This document shows, piece by piece, positions 1 through 13,495 of a stretch of 64,000 bases of DNA. The DNA is from Eledone cirrhosa (taxonomy: Eukaryota): NCBI GenBank assembly GCA_964016885.1, contig OZ024765.1, positions 23,374,001-23,438,000 of the forward strand, in the 5' to 3' direction. A program made the position numbers and the translations under genes. Each line of letters starts with the position of its first letter. The first letter of the stretch is position 1. The notes below the pieces were generated by a model. It ran no database searches, was not told where the DNA came from, and saw only the letters and a list, made by a program, of their open reading frames with translations.

Positions 1-388
1 TAGAACAAACAACCAACCAACAACATGTAAATAAATAAACAAATAGATAAATGAACACAAACACACACAGACACCCGGATGTGGCGCATGCGCAAACTGA
101 GCACACAACACACACACAGAAACAAAATGGCGTAGGACAGAAGAAAGGAAAGGCACAGAAACAAAGAAAGGAATCCCCAGTCACTGAAGAGGTCACAGAG
201 TGTGTGACGAAAGGACTATGACTATATATAAACAACTATCTGGTTGAGGAACCAACCAACCAACCAGAAACTTAGAAGTTTGTAGATTTGTAAATTTATA
301 AATTTATGAATATATAATAAATTGAAGTGAAAGCAACTGGTGCGTGTGTTTCTTATTGGCAACATGACCCTCCCAAAGTATAACAATA
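1..388 (+). mobile_element. 3' end/pseudo-LTR of Penelope-like element family PLE-1 (runs off window start)
   Basis: Reverse complement of about 3487-3840, the 3' UTR of the RT+GIY-YIG element at 3472-5339; contains a hammerhead motif; ends in (TA)n. Confidence 0.85.
179..223 (+). ncRNA. Minimal type I hammerhead ribozyme (family 1)
   Basis: AGTCA-CTGAAGA-G-GTCACA gagtg TGTGAC-GAAA-G ga C-TA-TGACT: stem I 5 bp, stem II 6 bp, minimal stem III, CUA cleavage triplet. Confidence 0.75.
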
Positions 389-474
389 TATATATATAAA
401 TATATATATAAATATATATATATATACATATATATGCGCAGAGGTTATATTTAATTTATTGGGATTCAACAAGC

Positions 475-750
475 TTAAAAATATCCTTTACGAATATTGA
501 TAAAAAATCTTCAACTTCTCTATCCAACTTATTATGGAACTTAAAATCTAAGAATATTAACTATTCTTTATCTTGGGAAATTATTTGCAAAGCTCCTTCA
601 TACACTGCTTTATCCAAAAATTGCTCCCTTTGCGTTGAAGAAATATTCTTTATACTAAAAAGTAAGAACTCTATTAACTTGCGAAATAATTTATTTAGTT
701 CTTGTAAATATCGTTTAAAATCAACTTTTAGATATATATATAAAATGTAA
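475..750 (+). pseudogene. C-terminal part of PLE GIY-YIG endonuclease (Naiad-like), no start codon
   Basis: Manual translation LKISFTNIDKKSSTSLSNLLWNLKSKNINYSLSWEIICKAPSYTALSKNCSLCVEEIFFILKSKNSINLRNNLFSSCKYR matches the ST.LS..W.LK...W.I...C.LC..E...LN.R....S.C pattern of PLE endonuclease tails. Confidence 0.7.
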
Positions 751-2220
751 TATATGGTTAATCTCCTTTACATAATGTTTTCTATATCCAACCACCTACA
801 ACCTCATCCTCCAGATTATATCTATATATGATTAATATATATTTAATTTATTTTCTATTATCTCTACCTCATAAATATACTTTATATTATTACACTTATC
901 AATAGATTATAACCTTTTTATATGACTACTTGAAATTCCTTTAAGGAAAAGTTTAGAAAATTCTGAGAAAGTTCCTTTGAAAGATATAGAAAAACCATTA
1001 TTTTCATATCTTCCAATATTTTATATCTTCAAACATTCTTAATATATGTATCCAAATATTTATATTTATATATATGTGGAATAACATGATTTTTATATAT
1101 AGGTTTTATTTATATATGTATGTGGAATAACTTATCGTTTATGTTTTAACTATATTCTTAAGATAAATTTTTTAACTTTATAACAAGTATGACTTCTTAT
1201 AAAGTAACCTATGGTTTATGTGTTAATTATATTCTTAAGATAAATTTGACTTCTTATAAAATAAAATATGGTTTATGTTCTAACTATATTCTTAAGATAA
1301 AATCTTTTTACTTTTTTAACTTTATAACATTTATGACTTCTCATAAAAAGATTTTTTTTATGTATCCTTGGAGTCTTTTGAGTTCTAACTTCCTTTATAT
1401 TTCCTTACTGTTTTTATAATATAATTAAGTAGTTATTCCTTTGTAAACTCTCGTAAATTTTCATAAATTTAGAATTATTTGGATGTGTAAGTTTTGACTT
1501 ACAACTATTAATAAATATAATTTTGCCAAACTTACTTTAATAAAATAAACTATACTGGATTTTCTCTAATGTAAAATATTATATATTTATTTAAATAATT
1601 TATAATCCATAACATACACATCTAAACCAATATATTATTACTAATACATCTTAATATAATATAAATACTTGTTTTAATTTCAATTTTTTTAATTTTTTAA
1701 TTTTTAATTTTTAATTTTTAATTTTTAATATTAAATATTAAATTTAAATTAAATTAAATCTTTAATATTAAGGCAAATTTTAATCTTTATTTTTAATTTT
1801 TAATTTTAATCTAATTTTTCAACCTATCATTATAAATATTGTAATCACAACGTAATTGAACCCTACATTCTAAATATTATTCTTCCACGTTAATCTTATT
1901 TCTTATTTCACTTAGATATATTTACGCTATATTTCTCCATTAAAACTTATTTCTTCATTCATTCTGACTATATCCACTATCACTATGTATAATCGTTCTT
2001 TCTTTCCTCTTCTCTCTTTTCTTTTTTTCTCTCTCCCTTACATATCATCTTCTTCCAACAGTTTAATTTAAATAAACCGTTATCTTTTCAACTTTTCGGA
2101 CACTCACTCATAACTTTGTATCACCCTCAATAAAATATTATCTCCACTATCCAGGAAGCTCCAACCGTTAAGGTTGTTTTTTTTCCTGGTATGTCAATAT
2201 TTATTTATAAAACAAATCTG

Positions 2221-2286
2221 TATTTTATCTGATGAAAGCGCACCATAATTTGCCTTGGTTGCCCTTGAAATATGTATAATAAAATA
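2221..2286 (+). ncRNA. Type I hammerhead ribozyme (family 2)
   Basis: TATTTTAT-CTGATGA-AAGCGCACC...GGTTGCCCTT-GAAA-TA tg TA-TA-ATAAAATA; perfect 8-bp stem I, AUA triplet. Confidence 0.8.
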
Positions 2287-2369
2287 AATATGGTTTTATA
2301 AATATAGTTTCCATTTTATAATATATTGTATAAATATATATATATATAAATATATACGCATATATGTAT

Positions 2370-3005
2370 ATCATCATCATCATCATCATCATCAACGTTT
2401 AACGTCCGTGTTCCACGCTTGCATGGGTTTGGACGGGGGTAGTCCCACTTGAGGCAAGAGTGATTGTCTTGCTCGCATAGGACTGTCTGGCAGGTTTTCT
2501 ACAGTTGGATGCCCTTCCTAACACCAACCACATTTACAGTGTGGGTCTGGGAGGTTTTTACCGTGTTGCCTACACGGCCACATTACAGCGTGGACTGTGT
2601 GTTTTTTTGTCGTGACACCTACACGATCTCATTTGTTTCGGCCTGGATGGCGCGGCACCAACATGACTTTACATAGAACGGGGTGGTGTGGATGGGGTGG
2701 TGGTGGTGGGACGGGGTGTATTTTGTTAGAGATGCCTACTGGCTGGAGTAGGTTTTACTATATATTTAGGTAAGGCGGGTCTTCTCTGTTACTGAGTACC
2801 GCCAAAGGTCTCGGTCCAGTGACATTGTCTTGGAGAGGTGTAAGTGTGTGATGTCGGAGTTTATCAGCTCGTCCCAGGTTTTTCTAGGTCTGCCTATTCC
2901 GTGACTACCGTCTATCTTTATTGCCCTGCACTTTGTTATACAGCTATCGACTTTCATGCGCATCACGTGTCCATACCAACGTAGCCTTCTCTCGAGTAAA
3001 CAACA
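2370..3005 (-). mobile_element. RTE-clade LINE family A, 3' fragment
   Basis: ORF 2766-2966 identical to the C-terminus of 9931-13101; same 3' UTR and (GAT)n tail. Confidence 0.95.
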
Positions 3006-3013
3006 TATACATA

Positions 3014-3044
<31 letters not shown>

Positions 3045-3051
3045 GTATATC

Positions 3052-3222
<171 letters not shown>

Positions 3223-3245
3223 GCGTATATATTTATATATATATA

Positions 3246-3372
3246 TATTTATACAATATATTAATAAATGGAAACTATATTTATAAAACCATATTTATTT
3301 TATTATACATATTTCAAGGGCAACCAAGGCAAATTATGGTGCGCTTTCATCAGATAAAATACAGATTTGTTT

Positions 3373-3380
<8 letters not shown>
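3246..3380 (-). mobile_element. Inverted copy of PLE-2 terminus
   Basis: Reverse complement of about 2199-2335, flanked by (TA)n. Confidence 0.85.
3296..3361 (-). ncRNA. Type I hammerhead ribozyme (family 2, second copy)
   Basis: Reverse complement of 2221-2286. Confidence 0.8.
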
Positions 3381-3438
<58 letters not shown>

Positions 3439-3619
3439 TATACATATATATATATACATATATATATATATATGTGTTGAAACCGGTATTGTTATACTTT
3501 GGGAGGGTCATGTTGCCAATAAGAAACACACGCACCAGTTGCTTTCACTTCAATTTATTATATATTTATAAATTTATAAATTTCTGGTTGGTTCCACAAC
3601 CAGATAGTTGTTTATATAT

Positions 3620-3664
3620 AGTCATAGTTCTTTCGTCACACACTCTGTTACCTCTTCAGTGACT
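3620..3664 (-). ncRNA. Minimal type I hammerhead ribozyme (family 1, second copy)
   Basis: AGTCA-CTGAAGA-GGTAACAGAGTGTGTGAC-GAAA-GAAC-TA-TGACT on the minus strand; one mismatch in stem II. Confidence 0.7.
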
Positions 3665-3864
3665 GGGGATTCCTTTCTTTGTTTCTGTGCCTCTCCTTTC
3701 TTCTGTCCTACGCCATTTTGTTTCTGTGTGTGTGTTGTGTGCTCAGTCTGCGCATGCGCCACATCCGGGTGTCTGTGTGAGTTTATGTTCATTTATTTAT
3801 TTGTTTATTTACATGTTACTGGTTGGTTGTTTGTTCTATGTGTGTGTGTGTTTTCATTTTGTCC

Positions 3865-5163
3865 TTAATTGTAAGTTGTGATGTTGCTGTTCCACTCATA
3901 TTTTCTATTTAATTTTGGTTGTAATTCTTTTATGTTTATTGCCTCTGTAATTTGTCTAAACATTGCGTCTTTTCTGTGTGTAGATTCTATTTTTATTTCT
4001 ATGTTCTCTAATTTACCCTTGTGTTCTATTTTAGCATGTTGGTAGAGTACAGATGATTCTTTATTATCTTGAAGGTCTCGCCAGTGTTCATTTATCCGCT
4101 CCCCTACACTACGAGCTGTCTCACCTATGTACACTATATTTTTGTCTCTACATTGTCCTTCAGTACATCTTATGCTATACACTACATTTCTAGTTTTACA
4201 GTTAATATGGGGGCTTATTTTACAGGTTATACATTTCTTATCTATACATGAGGGTCTTTGAAAAGGGTATGTCTTGCTAATAAGTGTTTTTACGGAGGTA
4301 CCTGGTCTTTCTACTATCTTAATATTGAGTTTATGTTTATTTAGGGCCCTTCTAAATTTGTAAGCTAATTCACCTCTAGGGGTTGTATCGATGAACATTA
4401 CATTCTGGTATTTATTGCTATCATACCATGAGTTTATTCTATTAGCCTTGTTCCTAGTTCTTTCTATTCTATTCCAAAATTTGCTCCTATACAAGGGGCA
4501 GGTCCCATTTATGTCATTATTTACCATTTTTTCCCATTTGGTTCTGGCTCCTCTATACACTCTGATTTTATCTCTCTGATTGTAGCCAGAGAACTGCATA
4601 CGGTGGATGAAGTGTTGTATGTGTCTCTCTAGTTCTTCGGGGTTGCACATGCGGGACACATTTCTCATCACCCGTACCAAATCCGCAATCAGTATGTTGA
4701 TTTTGTTATGGTCCGAAATGGCCGAGTTTCGGTGGATCAGATGTTTGGAAGTCATGGGTTTGGCATAATGGGAATGGAGGATTTGTTTTTTGTTGTTAAT
4801 GGTATCTAACCAGAGCTCTGTGTCTAGTACAGGTAATCGATGGTTGGGGTGTTTACTTGGGTAGTCTATAGTAACTCTAATGCTCTGGTGGATGGAGTTT
4901 GCTATTTGCTGGATGCTTTCCATTGTGTTTTTCTCTAGTTCCTGACTGTTCTCTAGTGGGGGTGTCTTAACTACGATGTTTATATCTTCTACGTAGCGGG
5001 AGTACATTATCAGGGTTAAGGGGTCTTCTAATTGTTCTTTAAGTTTAAGTTTAAGTCTACTGTCCCACCATACCATGAATAAGTTAGCTACGTTGCCTGC
5101 AATGCTAACACCAATGGCTGCTCCTTCCTCTTGGGCATATGTTTTTCCATTAAATTTGAACAT
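3865..5163 (-). pseudogene. PLE reverse transcriptase (C-terminal half) + Cys-rich linker + GIY-YIG endonuclease
   Basis: Q..GAAIG, RYVED (YVDD with a D>E change), LPVLD, CIDKKCITC...C linker, NVVYSIRC...YIGETARSVGERINEH; 5' truncated. Confidence 0.9.
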
Positions 5164-5338
5164 ATGTTCCTTAAGGAACTATATATAAACAACTATCTGG
5201 TTGTGGAACCAACAAACCAACCAGAAATTTATAAATTTATAAATATATAATAAATTGAAGTGAAAGCAACTGGTGCGTGTGTTTCTTATTGGCAACATGA
5301 CCCTCCCAAAGTATAACAATATCGGTTTCAACACATAA

Positions 5339-5435
<97 letters not shown>

Positions 5436-5450
5436 AATATATATATATAT

Positions 5451-6317
5451 ATTAGCAACGGAGGTGGGTGCTCAGAAAGTACAATAACTAGGGTAAGAAC
5501 GGGATGGAAGAAGTTTAGGGAACTACTACCACTGCTAGCTGCAAAAGGCTTCTCCCTCAGAATGAAAGGCAGACTGTATGATGCGTGTATCCGAACAGCG
5601 ATGTTGCATGGTAGTGAGACCTGGGCGCTGAAGGTGGAAGACTTACGTAGATTAGAGAGAAACGAAGCCTGCATGCTCCGATGGATGTGTAACAGTAATA
5701 TACGTGAACAACAAAGCATAAATGAATTGAGAGAGAGACTGAGCATAAGAGGAATCAAATGCTGCGTGCAGGAGAGGCGGTTACGCTGGTATGGACATGT
5801 GATGCGTATGAAGGATGACAGCTGCATAAAAAGGTGCAGAGCACTAGAAGTTGATGGAAACCGCGGAGTGGGGAGACCCAAGATGACTTGGGATGAGGTG
5901 ATAAAAGCCGACCTTACCCAACTACACCTCTCAAAGTCAATGACACACGACCGTGACTTCTGGCGTCACGCAGTAATACAGGGTACCCGACCTCCCATGG
6001 GTACATGCTGAAGCATATAAACAATATGCCCCCCCCCCCCCCCCCCCACCGCAAGGTGGTCGTGGAGGTGCCACGGCAAAAAAGCACCCAGCCCACACTG
6101 TAAAGTGGACGTGTAGGCGCCACGAAAAAGCACCCAGCACTCACTGTAAATGAGGTTGGTGTTAGGAAGGGCATCCAGCTGTAGAAATCAAGCCAGATCA
6201 GTTCCTGTATGAGCAAGGCATGGTCAGCCGACCAGACACTGCCCACAACAGGACAACCCGTCTAACCCATGCTAGCGTGGAAGAACGGACGTAAAACGGT
6301 GATGATGATGATGATGA
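5451..6317 (+). mobile_element. RTE-clade LINE family B, 3' fragment
   Basis: Matches the C-terminus and 3' UTR of the element at 27774-31529; (GAT)n tail. Confidence 0.95.
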
Positions 6318-6329
6318 TATATATATATG

Positions 6330-6439
<110 letters not shown>

Positions 6440-6459
6440 CATATATACATATATATATG

Positions 6460-8956
6460 TATAACTTTGAATAACTTTGAAATGTTTAGGCCAGTATTGG
6501 CCCAGGCCATGTCTAACTTAATAGCACCACCTGGCGAAGTCTTTCAATTCAGGATTTGGGCACCATGGCCCATTCGAGAAGAGAATTACTGTTTGCGGAG
6601 ACATATCCGGGTGTGGGTGGTTTGTCCGGGATTACTTGGAGGAATTTGTCCAAAGACTTCTTGAATTTTGCGTGGTCAGTTTCTGTTTTGACGTGTCCTG
6701 GTGTGATGTTGAAGAGAGCAGGGCCGATTGAGGTGAAATAATTGTGCCGTATTGTTGTTATGAGTTGCGATTTAGATTTTTGAATGGGACGGATAGCACG
6801 GGGCCCAAGCCTTGGGTGTATCTTGAAGGCGATGCCAACATCATTTGGGCAGTGATGATGGAACATTTTCCACATCATGCAGATAATATAACGCTCACGG
6901 CGACGTTGGAGTGAGTAAAGTTTCAGGTTTTCTAATCGACCCCAGTAGTCAAGGTCTGACATGCCATCTATCTTTTTCGTGATTGCCCTTTGAGGAGCTT
7001 CAAGTTTCATGATACTTTGTTTCGTGTGGGGAGACCACAGTGGACAACAGTATTCAAGGTGTGGTCGGGCAAAAGTAGAGAAGAGAAGGATAATGGTGCG
7101 GGAATCTCTCGACTGGAAGGTTCTGAGGATCCAGGAACACATTCTGCGGGCCATGTCAACTTTGCTGCTTATATGCGTGGTCCAGCTTATGTTGCTGTCC
7201 ACGGTTACTCCCAAGTCTCTGATGTTGTTAGATGCCACGAGAGTTTCCCCGGAGGGAAGGGAGTACGGGAGTTTCAGAGCATCCTCTTTTCCAAAGTGGA
7301 TCAGTTCGAATTTGTCTTCGTTCAGTAACATGTTGTTCTTTTCTGCCCATTGGGTAACAGCCAGTAGGTCTGACTGAAGGCTTATCCGGTCATCCACGCC
7401 ATTGATGACCTTTTGGAGCTTGGAATCATCAGCGAAAATTTTAATGTTGCTGTGTTTGATGATGTCAGTGATGTCATTAATATAGATGATGAAGAGAAGT
7501 GGGCCCAACACAGTGCCTTGTGGGACCCCACTACTGACTTTGGCTGGGCTTGATTTGACTCCCTCAACTACAACATGTTGGGTTCTGTTTGACAGGAAGC
7601 TCTTGATCCACTGCAGCAGCTTTCCAGTGACACCAATATTGGACAGCTTTCTCAGTAGAATGTTATGATCAACCCTGTCAAAGGCCTTGCTGAAATCAAG
7701 GTAGATAACATCAGTGTTGGAACCCTCTCCCAAGGCTCTCAAAATGTCATCAAAGTGATGCAGTAGCTGCGTCAGGCAATCCCTTCCATTACGGAATCCA
7801 TGCTGGTTGGAGTTCAGCATATTGTTACTCTCAAGGAAGTGGGTCATTCGCGATCTCACCACTCGCTCAAATACCTTAATGATATGAGAGGTGAGTGAGA
7901 TTGGACGGTAATTCACGGCAAGGGATTTGTTTCCCTTTTTGAAAACTGGGACAACAGACTGGGATAGAAGGTTTTCTGGCACATATCCAGCATCCAGTGA
8001 GTTCCGCCACAGATTGGCAAGAGGAGATGCAAGTTGGTGTTGACACGCCTTCAAGACACAAGCAGGGAACCTATCGGGACCTACTGCTGAATTATGCTTG
8101 ATTTCCTTTATTGCCGCCAAGACATCAGGGGCGCCAAACGTTATGTCCGATAAGGTGTAATGGGGAGTAACATCGCCGATACAGCCCAGATCGGCCATAT
8201 CAGGATTGCTGAAAACAGAGCAGTATTGTTTCTGCAGTATCTCACCCATGGTTTTAGCATTGTCTTGAAGAGTGCCATTTTCATCAATTAGAGGGCCAAC
8301 AGTAGAGCCAGTGATTTTGTGTTTTTTTGCAAATGAAAAGAACACTTTGGGATTGAGTTTGATCTTCTCAATGGCCCAGGCCTCTTCAGCTCTTCTCTGA
8401 TTGTTGATGAGGGACATTATGTTGTTTTGGAGGTTATGTTTTTTAATCTCTAGTGATGAAATGGCAGTCAAGTTGATGTGTTGCTGCTGACAGTATTTCA
8501 GCTTGTTGATTTTTTTGTTCGTTCTCTTAATTTTTCTGATGAGCGTTTTTCTATTTCTAGGGATTCTGCTCTTAAATTTGTTTATAGTTCTTAATGGGGT
8601 GTGTTTAGCACATATGTTTGTAACAGCGTCCACAAATGTCTGCCAGGACTTTTTGATGTTAGTGGGTGTATGAGTGTGCGTGAAGGACCAGTCGACATGT
8701 GCAAGATCATGACTGATCGCTTCCCAGTTTGCATTGTGGAAATCCATAGCGTCAAACGGATGGACAGGAGAGATGACATTGGGTTTGTATATTGGACGGT
8801 GGAATCTCAGATCACAGAGAACCATGTCATGATCAGAGAGTAGAGTTTTCTCCACTGCAATATTGTGGATATTGTCAGTGTGATTGCTGAAAATTAAGTC
8901 TAGGACGTTTTTGTGGCACCTCGTTGGTTCGAGCACCAGTTGGGATAGGAAGAAAT
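6460..8956 (-). mobile_element. CR1-like LINE, 5'-truncated (RT region open, coding 6549-8956)
   Basis: [20 protein letters not shown] and FADD motifs; near identical to 37752-40772; the YI-rich N-terminus of the listed ORF is microsatellite. Confidence 0.93.
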
Positions 8957-9510
<554 letters not shown>

Positions 9511-12500
9511 GTATTTTCAAAACAATCCATATTTCGTATCAAGTCCAAATAGCCAATCTATCGCTAAAACAATCTACATTTTTTGTATCCATTAATTGTT
9601 AGATACGAAAGTTTTTGGTCGTATTGAACAAAACAAATTTTGTATTTTTGTTAATCGCTTGTTAAATGCAAGGACCCCATTCAATCATTACCTTCTATCT
9701 AGCTACCCAACACCCCTCCCTCCCGCCCCCACGCACCACCATTGCTATTACGTGGACCAATCATAAAACAGAGCCCCCACGCATCACCAGTATTATTACG
9801 CGGACCAATCAGAAACCAGAGGCCTATACTATCGCTTGCCTGGTTGCCTTTCGATATATGATGGATGGATGGACTGCGGAATCCTGGAGAGTGGAGGTGA
9901 GAGAGAGAAAAATCTGGACGCTCAGCGACAATGCCAAAGATAAAGACAAATTCACCTCTTGGACGAGAATGCGAGCACTCCTCATTGTTTCGACCGCGGA
10001 CGGCTAACATAACCCCATCGTCCCCCGCCCCCCACCGCCCCCAACCCCCAAACGCAATCCAAAACTTCAGAGTTGGTACCATAAATGTAGGCACCCTAAA
10101 GGGTCGCGCTAACGAGGTTGTAGAAATGCTTGAACGTAAGGAGGTCGATGTTTGTTGTATTCAAGAGACCAGGTGGAGGGGTGGGTCTGCTAGGTTCATT
10201 GAGGGTAAAAAACGATGTTATAAGCTTTTCTGGGTGGGAAACGACGATGGGCTGGGTGGAGTAGGAATCATGGTAGCAGAAAAGTGGGCAGATAAGATAA
10301 TAGACGTAAATAGAGTGAACGACAGAATAATTAAAATACGACTTGTCCTCAATAGAACTACGGTGACAGTAATATCTGCGCACGCACCCCAATCCGGACT
10401 GCCCGGCACTATAAAAGACAGATTCTATGAGACACTGATGCTAACTACCTCCCAAATATCCGACAGTGACTATATAATTATCGCAGGCGACCTAAATGGT
10501 CACGTTGGACAACATTGTGACGGTGACGACGAAATCCATGGAGGCTATGGGTTTGGTACTAGAAATGAGGAAGGCCCCAGAATCCTGGAATTCTGTGATG
10601 CAAATAACCTAACTATCTGTAACACTAACTTCAAAAAACGTGACAATCACCTGATCACCTATAGATCCGGGGAACACACAAGCCAGGTAGATTATATCCT
10701 TACCAGAAGACGTGACAGAGTGTCTGTTGTAAACACTAAATCCCTCCCCCATGAAGAATGCACCTCCCAACATAGACTGATAATTAGCGACCTCATAGTC
10801 AGGACGAGACGTACTCGACAACAGAAGAGGACTATCCTCAGGAGGAAAATATGGAAGCTAAAGGACCCCACAGCCAGGAATAAATTTCAAAGCATATTAC
10901 TTGATGCTTTCGACAGTAAGGAAGAACATTTAGAGTCGGACAATATAGAGGGAGAGTGGGAATTTCTGAAAGCAAACCTGCTGTTGGCGACAGACGAAGT
11001 CTGTGGCTGGAGCAGGCCTGTAGGCAGGAGGAGAGTAACATGGTGGTGGAACAGTAAGGTGGAGGGGTCAATTAAGGCCAAAAAGCAGGCTTGGAAAGTA
11101 TGGCGGGATGGGGGAAGTAGAGAGGACTATCAAGTGGCCAGGAGGGAAGCTAGGAGACAAGTGTACTTAGCAGGAAGGGAAGCTGAGGAAAGAAAGTTCA
11201 AGCATGTTCTACAACGCGATGACCAAAAACGTGAGGTGTTCAGGATTGCTAGGCAATGCGTCAAGGAAAACCGTGATATTGTCGGGGAGAAGTGTGTACT
11301 AAACGACGATGGCACACTTGCCATCACCGACGCTGATAAGAAGGTAGCTTGGAAGTGTCACTATGAAAGGCTACTAAATGAGGAGAATAATTGGGAGAAA
11401 GGCAGTCTCCCCCATATCGACCCAATAGAGGGACCAGCAGTGTTAGTCGAGGGGAGTATAATAAGTAAGGCAATCAAGGATATGAAGACGGGTAAGGCGG
11501 CTGGGCCTTCGGAAATAGTTGCTGAGATGCTGAAGGCATCTGGCACGGTGGGACACACCATGGTCACCCGCATAGTTAACCAAGTCGTACAGAATGGGGT
11601 TGTTCCGAAGGACTGGCATAGCAGCATCATCGTTAACTGTTATAAGGGTAAAGGAGACGCCCTAGATAGGAGTAACTATAGAGGCATTAAATTAATCGAC
11701 CAGGTCATGAAGGTCACGGAAAAAGTAATAGCGCAACTAATCAGAGAGAGAATTGACCTAGATGAAATGCAGTTCGGGTTTGTGTCAGGCAAAAGTACCA
11801 CAGACGCTCTTTTCATAGTACGACAACTACAGGAGAAGTACCTAGCTAAAGGTAAACCCCTCTACTTAGCTTTTGTCGACTTGGAGAAAGCCTTCGACAG
11901 AGTCCCCCGCTCCATTATCTGGTGGGCTCTTAGAAAACTAGGCGTTGACGAATGGCTTGTGAGGGCTATACAAGCCATGTATAAAGAAACAGTCAGCAAG
12001 GTTAGAATTAACAACGAATATAGTGAAGAGTTTAGCGTAAAAGTTGGCGTCCATCAGGGCTCTGTTCTCAGCCCACTACTATTTATTATTGCCCTTCAGG
12101 CTATAACAGAGGAGTTCAAGACAGGCTGCCCATGGGAACTCCTATACGCAGACGACCTGACACTCATAGCGGAATCAATGGCCGAGCTAGAGAAGAAATT
12201 CCAAACATGGAAGCACGGCCTAGAGTCAAAAGGACTTAAAATTAACCTGGCTAAGACCAAAGTACTAGTTTGTAGGAAAGAAAACAAGGCGGCGGTCCCT
12301 TCTGGGAAATGGTCGTGCTCGGTGTGTAGGAAAGGCGTAGGTAGAAACTCCATTTTATGTCCTAAATGCAAAGTATGGGTGCATAAAAGATGTAGTGGGA
12401 TCACAGGTAAGCTAACTAAGAACATAGATTTTACATGTGGCCGGTGCTCTGGTGCAATAAGTAGCAGCAAGTGCCCACAAACTACTAGCTCTTTCAATTG

Positions 12501-13495
12501 CGCAGAGGGTTCTATAGAAATAGTGGACAGCTTCCGTTACCTGGGCGATAAAATCAGCAGTGGGGGAGGGTGCTCTGAAAGTACTGTAGCTAGAGTCAGA
12601 ACTGGTTGGAAAAAGTTCAGAGAGCTTATACCACTATTAGCTGCTAAAGGGTTCTCACTAAAAATGAAAGGCAGGTTGTACGATGCCTGCATACGAACAG
12701 CAATGCTGCATGGCAGTGAGACCTGGGCATTGTGTGCAGAGGATATACGCAGACTAGAAAGGAATGAAGCTTGCATGCTCCGCTGGATGTGTAACAGTAA
12801 TATACGTGAACGGCAAAGCATAAACGAACTAAGGAAAAAATTAGAGATAAGAGGGATCAGATGTTGTTTACTCGAGAGAAGGCTACGTTGGTATGGACAC
12901 GTGATGCGCATGAAAGTCGATAGCTGTATAACAAAGTGCAGGGCAATAAAGATAGACGGTAGTCACGGAATAGGCAGACCTAGAAAAACCTGGGACGAGC
13001 TGATAAACTCCGACATCACACACTTACACCTCTCCAAGACAATGTCACTGGACCGAGACCTTTGGCGGTACTCCGTAACAGAGAAGACCCGCCTTACCTA
13101 AATATATAGTAAAACCTACTCCAGCCAGTAGGCATCTCTAACAAAATACACCCCGTCCCACCACCCCCACCCCATCCACACCACCCCGTTCTATGTAAAG
13201 TTATGTTGGTGCCGCGCCATCGAGGCCGAAACAAATGAGATCGTGTAGGTGTCACGACAAAAAAACACACAGTCCACGCTGTAATGTGGCCGTGTAGGCA
13301 ACACGGTAAAAACCTCCCAGACCCACACTGTAAATGTGGTTGGTGTTAGGAAGGGCATCCAACTGTAGAAAACCTGCCAGACAGTCCTATGCGAGCAAGA
13401 CAATCACTCTTGCCTCAAGTGGGACTACCCCCGTCCAAACCCATGCAAGCGTGGAACACGGACGTTAAACGTTGATGATGATGATGATGATGATG

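Larger units (their letters stand above)
436..2335 (+). mobile_element. 5'-truncated Penelope-like element family PLE-2 (GIY-YIG C-terminus plus long AT-rich 3' region with HHR)
   Basis: Bounded by TA tracts; carries the ORF remnant 475-750 and the HHR at 2221-2286; terminal segment recurs inverted at 3246-3380. Confidence 0.65.
3472..5339 (-). mobile_element. Penelope-like element PLE-1 (Neptune-like), 5'-truncated, with inverted copy of its 3' end (5178-5339)
   Basis: RT plus GIY-YIG ORF; 5178-5339 is the reverse complement of 3472-3622; inverted terminal copies are typical of PLE insertions. Confidence 0.9.
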
